Below are positions 61,401 to 64,000 of a DNA stretch of 64,000 nucleotides, piece by piece. Below the pieces are notes generated by a model. That model was not told the origin of the DNA. It searched no databases and saw only the letters and a list, made by a program, of their open reading frames with translations. Position 1 is the stretch's first letter; each line of letters opens with the position of its first letter. A program made the translations under genes and the position numbers. This DNA comes from Balanoglossus misakiensis (Eukaryota > Animalia > Hemichordata), in assembly GCA_040954595.2 (NCBI GenBank), contig CM082594.2:8191573-8255572 (forward strand), read 5' to 3'.

Positions 61401-63533
61401 TATGTATGTATGTGTGTGTGAGTGTGTGGTGTAGGTATGTATGTATGCATATATGTAATACCATGTATTAACAGTACATTACAGTTTTATACACTTCATT
61501 ATCACCTCTGCTGAATTTTGGTCTCCTCTGCTAAGCACTAAAATAAGAACTCCCTAAATTCTACCAAATCATTGAAATGTATCTCCAGATTTTCTGCCCT
61601 GGCTTTTTTTTTGTTCGAATATCTGAGACAACCAGTTGTGTACTAAACCACCAGTAGGTGTACACTACCCAACCTATTGAGTGTAGCTGTTTACTTCAAG
61701 ACATCAGTTGGTCCACTACGATCACTGACAGTAGGGGGGTGGGGTTGCTTTACAATATTTCTTGACAGGCCGAAATAGTAACCGAAATACACGATGACAA
61801 TGCCCTTGCTGGAGTTTTTCTCAGTTTCACTACATCTCTCTGCCATCTCCTTCGTTTGTAGCATTTCATAGTGATAGTCTTTTAGGGATGGCTGGACTGA
61901 CATGGTTCCAAAGTTTGCAGGTAACACAGCTTCGATCAGTTCTTTGTTTTGCTCCAAAGATGTCCTCTATTGCTTTCTGGAACAACGTGGTCGCGAACAA
62001 AGTTCATTGAGCATACATTCTCATGTTGACAATCTGATGGATTTCTGTTCATTTCAAAGCTTCTTGTTGATTTCACATAATCAATTCGATTGTTGGCAAA
62101 GTTCCAGCACTCGGTATCGCAAAGATGATACAACAATGATCACAATGCCAGCAGGTTGAAGTACGGAAACTTCTTGTATGGGGTCCCTTTCTTGATCGGT
62201 TGACCTCAAAAAGTTGACTTGGTTTCTCGGTGACTGACGATCTGCCCCATTCAGCATCACTGCAAGCCATTTATTGGTTCATAGGCTCATGTCGGGCAAA
62301 GTAAAGTCTTTCTGTGGGATAGCAGTCTTCTTCAAAGAACAGTTAGATGAGCATTTGATAGTCTCTGAGTCTCTTCATAGCATTCTATGTGATCAGCATT
62401 TCATTGTCAACGTAGCTCAAAAAGTTTTAGGAACGTCTTCTTTGTATAGAACCACGGCAACAGCAGTGACAATAACCGGTATTTTCCACGTTTTACGAGT
62501 CTTATTGTCACATGCAGTTGTTGAAGATGTTGGTTACACCAATACATGATATGTCGTATTGTAGTGGTTCAATACTAAGTCGTGTTGAATATATTTCTGC
62601 TTCGTCTTCATTGGTCATGTTTGAGTAACATTTGCTCTTATACATTCAGCATTCACATATGTCCGTAATGTCACTCGAAGTTAGTCCAGGCCAAAATCCA
62701 CATACAGCTACAATGCTTTCACGTTCCAGTTCAATAGCAACATTGTCCACGTCCGTGTATTGAGACAGTTCTTACTGGTAGGGGGATGGACCACACACAG
62801 GTAACGCACACTGTGTTCTGTCATCCAAAACGGTCAAAGTTGGACAATCCAACAAGTGCAGTCTCTCTCACTCTCAGCAGTCAGTCGATCTAAACAGTCC
62901 ACGTTTGAGCAAAGGGCAAGTTGTCGGCAAATCTGGTGGGCCATGGTGTATTTACTAGGCAGGAATCTTATCTCGCATCCATTGCATTTAGACGGCTGCC
63001 ACTAGCATCCATTGAAGACCCCAGAGTGTACTGACCCTCCACTTACGCTGAGTAAATACAGGAGCATTTGTCATAGGTGAGGGAAGGAGTCACATTTACT
63101 AACTGAAGCTCTATTTTCCACTTTGACTGCATTATATCAAAAGTAATTTGAACAGACGATGCAAAATCAATTTTATCTCTACGTTCAATTCAAAATCCTG
63201 ATTCACTGTAAAAATGTTTTATATAAATTCAAAACATAATTACCTTGCAATCCATGCTTAACTTTTTAACATATGATTTATCGTTCTTTTACAATGAATA
63301 TAAAGTTTTTACAAAAGATGTTAGTTACTCATGGCTTTATATGTTACACACTCCTTCCCTCAAGTAGGTTTTAGTGACATGTGACTTTCGAAACATTAAT
63401 AGATAATACCTTTTCTTGACTCTTCGCATCGTCTGTTTCTTTCTTCATCTTTTCTTCGTCTTGGGTTTCCATGGCTTCCTCTTTTTCAGGTACTGTTTTC
63501 TCGTCTTCTTTCGGTTTCTTTCCATTATCTTGT
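58455..63533 (-). CDS. ACIN1: Apoptotic chromatin condensation inducer in the nucleus (Acinus), 3' part; 5' exons lie beyond the window
   Basis: Exons 63533-63410, 61047-60969, 60776-60631 (RKRRWGS...LSISTDSLK), 60512-60212 (GIIPDIK), 59999-59767 (RRM: [24 protein letters not shown]...[13 protein letters not shown]), 59643-59536 ([16 protein letters not shown]), 59332-59074 (RE/RD-rich), 58910-58807 (RSB motif [24 protein letters not shown]), 58628-58455 (ends [12 protein letters not shown]). Phases are consistent. Confidence 0.95.
61379..61448. repeat. (TATG)n/(TG)n microsatellite in an ACIN1 intron
   Basis: Directly visible tetranucleotide run grading into TG repeats. Confidence 0.9.
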
Positions 63534-64000
63534 CTGCAGAGGAATCCAATTGAAAGGACAATTTAGTTTTGCTGTTCTGAGATTTTGGTAACATTTCATA
63601 ACACATGGAAAAATAATAGGCAACCTTACAGGGACTTAAAACCCTTTGCTTTGTTGGTGTTTCAACTAACAGAAAGCACAACGAAAACCAGCTGCAGACT
63701 TGACATGCTTTCAAAACACTTGCGCAATCGTTAGTACTGGCTACGTTACTCAAAAGGTGTAAAATCAAACTGTGACATCTTGTCTAAGAGTTCAATCTAT
63801 TGTAAGTGCACTGCCGTATACCAACTGGTGTTAAAGGTCACAGACATTTAACCCTATATCTACACAATCAGATTTTACTATAGTTTTGAACACCACACAA
63901 AAACTAGTAGTTGTACAAACGTCGCTAAATTTCACCCCATGCAAAACTGGGTATATAGTCAATGTCCAGTTTTATCAGAAGAAAACTGTAGGGAAACATC

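Overview
Eukaryotic, AT-rich, intron-rich animal DNA, most consistent with an invertebrate deuterostome such as a hemichordate or echinoderm (inference). Five spliced protein-coding genes were reconstructed by hand from GT-AG sites and exon phases: the 3' end of an extended synaptotagmin (+, 2559-3997); a complete BMP type II receptor BMPR2 (+, 6769-33422, 8 exons, 18-kb first intron, long tail); an 18-exon type I membrane receptor with four C-type lectin domains (+, 36392-44137); a complete 30-exon sulfonylurea-receptor-like ABCC8/9 transporter (-, 56853-46355); and the 3' part of Acinus/ACIN1 (-, 63533-58455). The most striking observation is a 192-nt symmetric exon encoding a hevein-type chitin-binding module inserted inside the third C-type lectin domain, between the two cysteines of its inner disulfide. 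Also present are an intact 854-bp non-autonomous DNA transposon (32-bp TIRs, 7-bp TSD), an 84-bp TTAA-flanked mini element, a 143-bp foldback palindrome upstream of the ABCC gene, an orphan ORF with promoter-like motifs, and a candidate poison exon in ACIN1. No tRNA, rRNA or CRISPR features were seen. Comparisons with vertebrate proteins are from memory, not from database searches.
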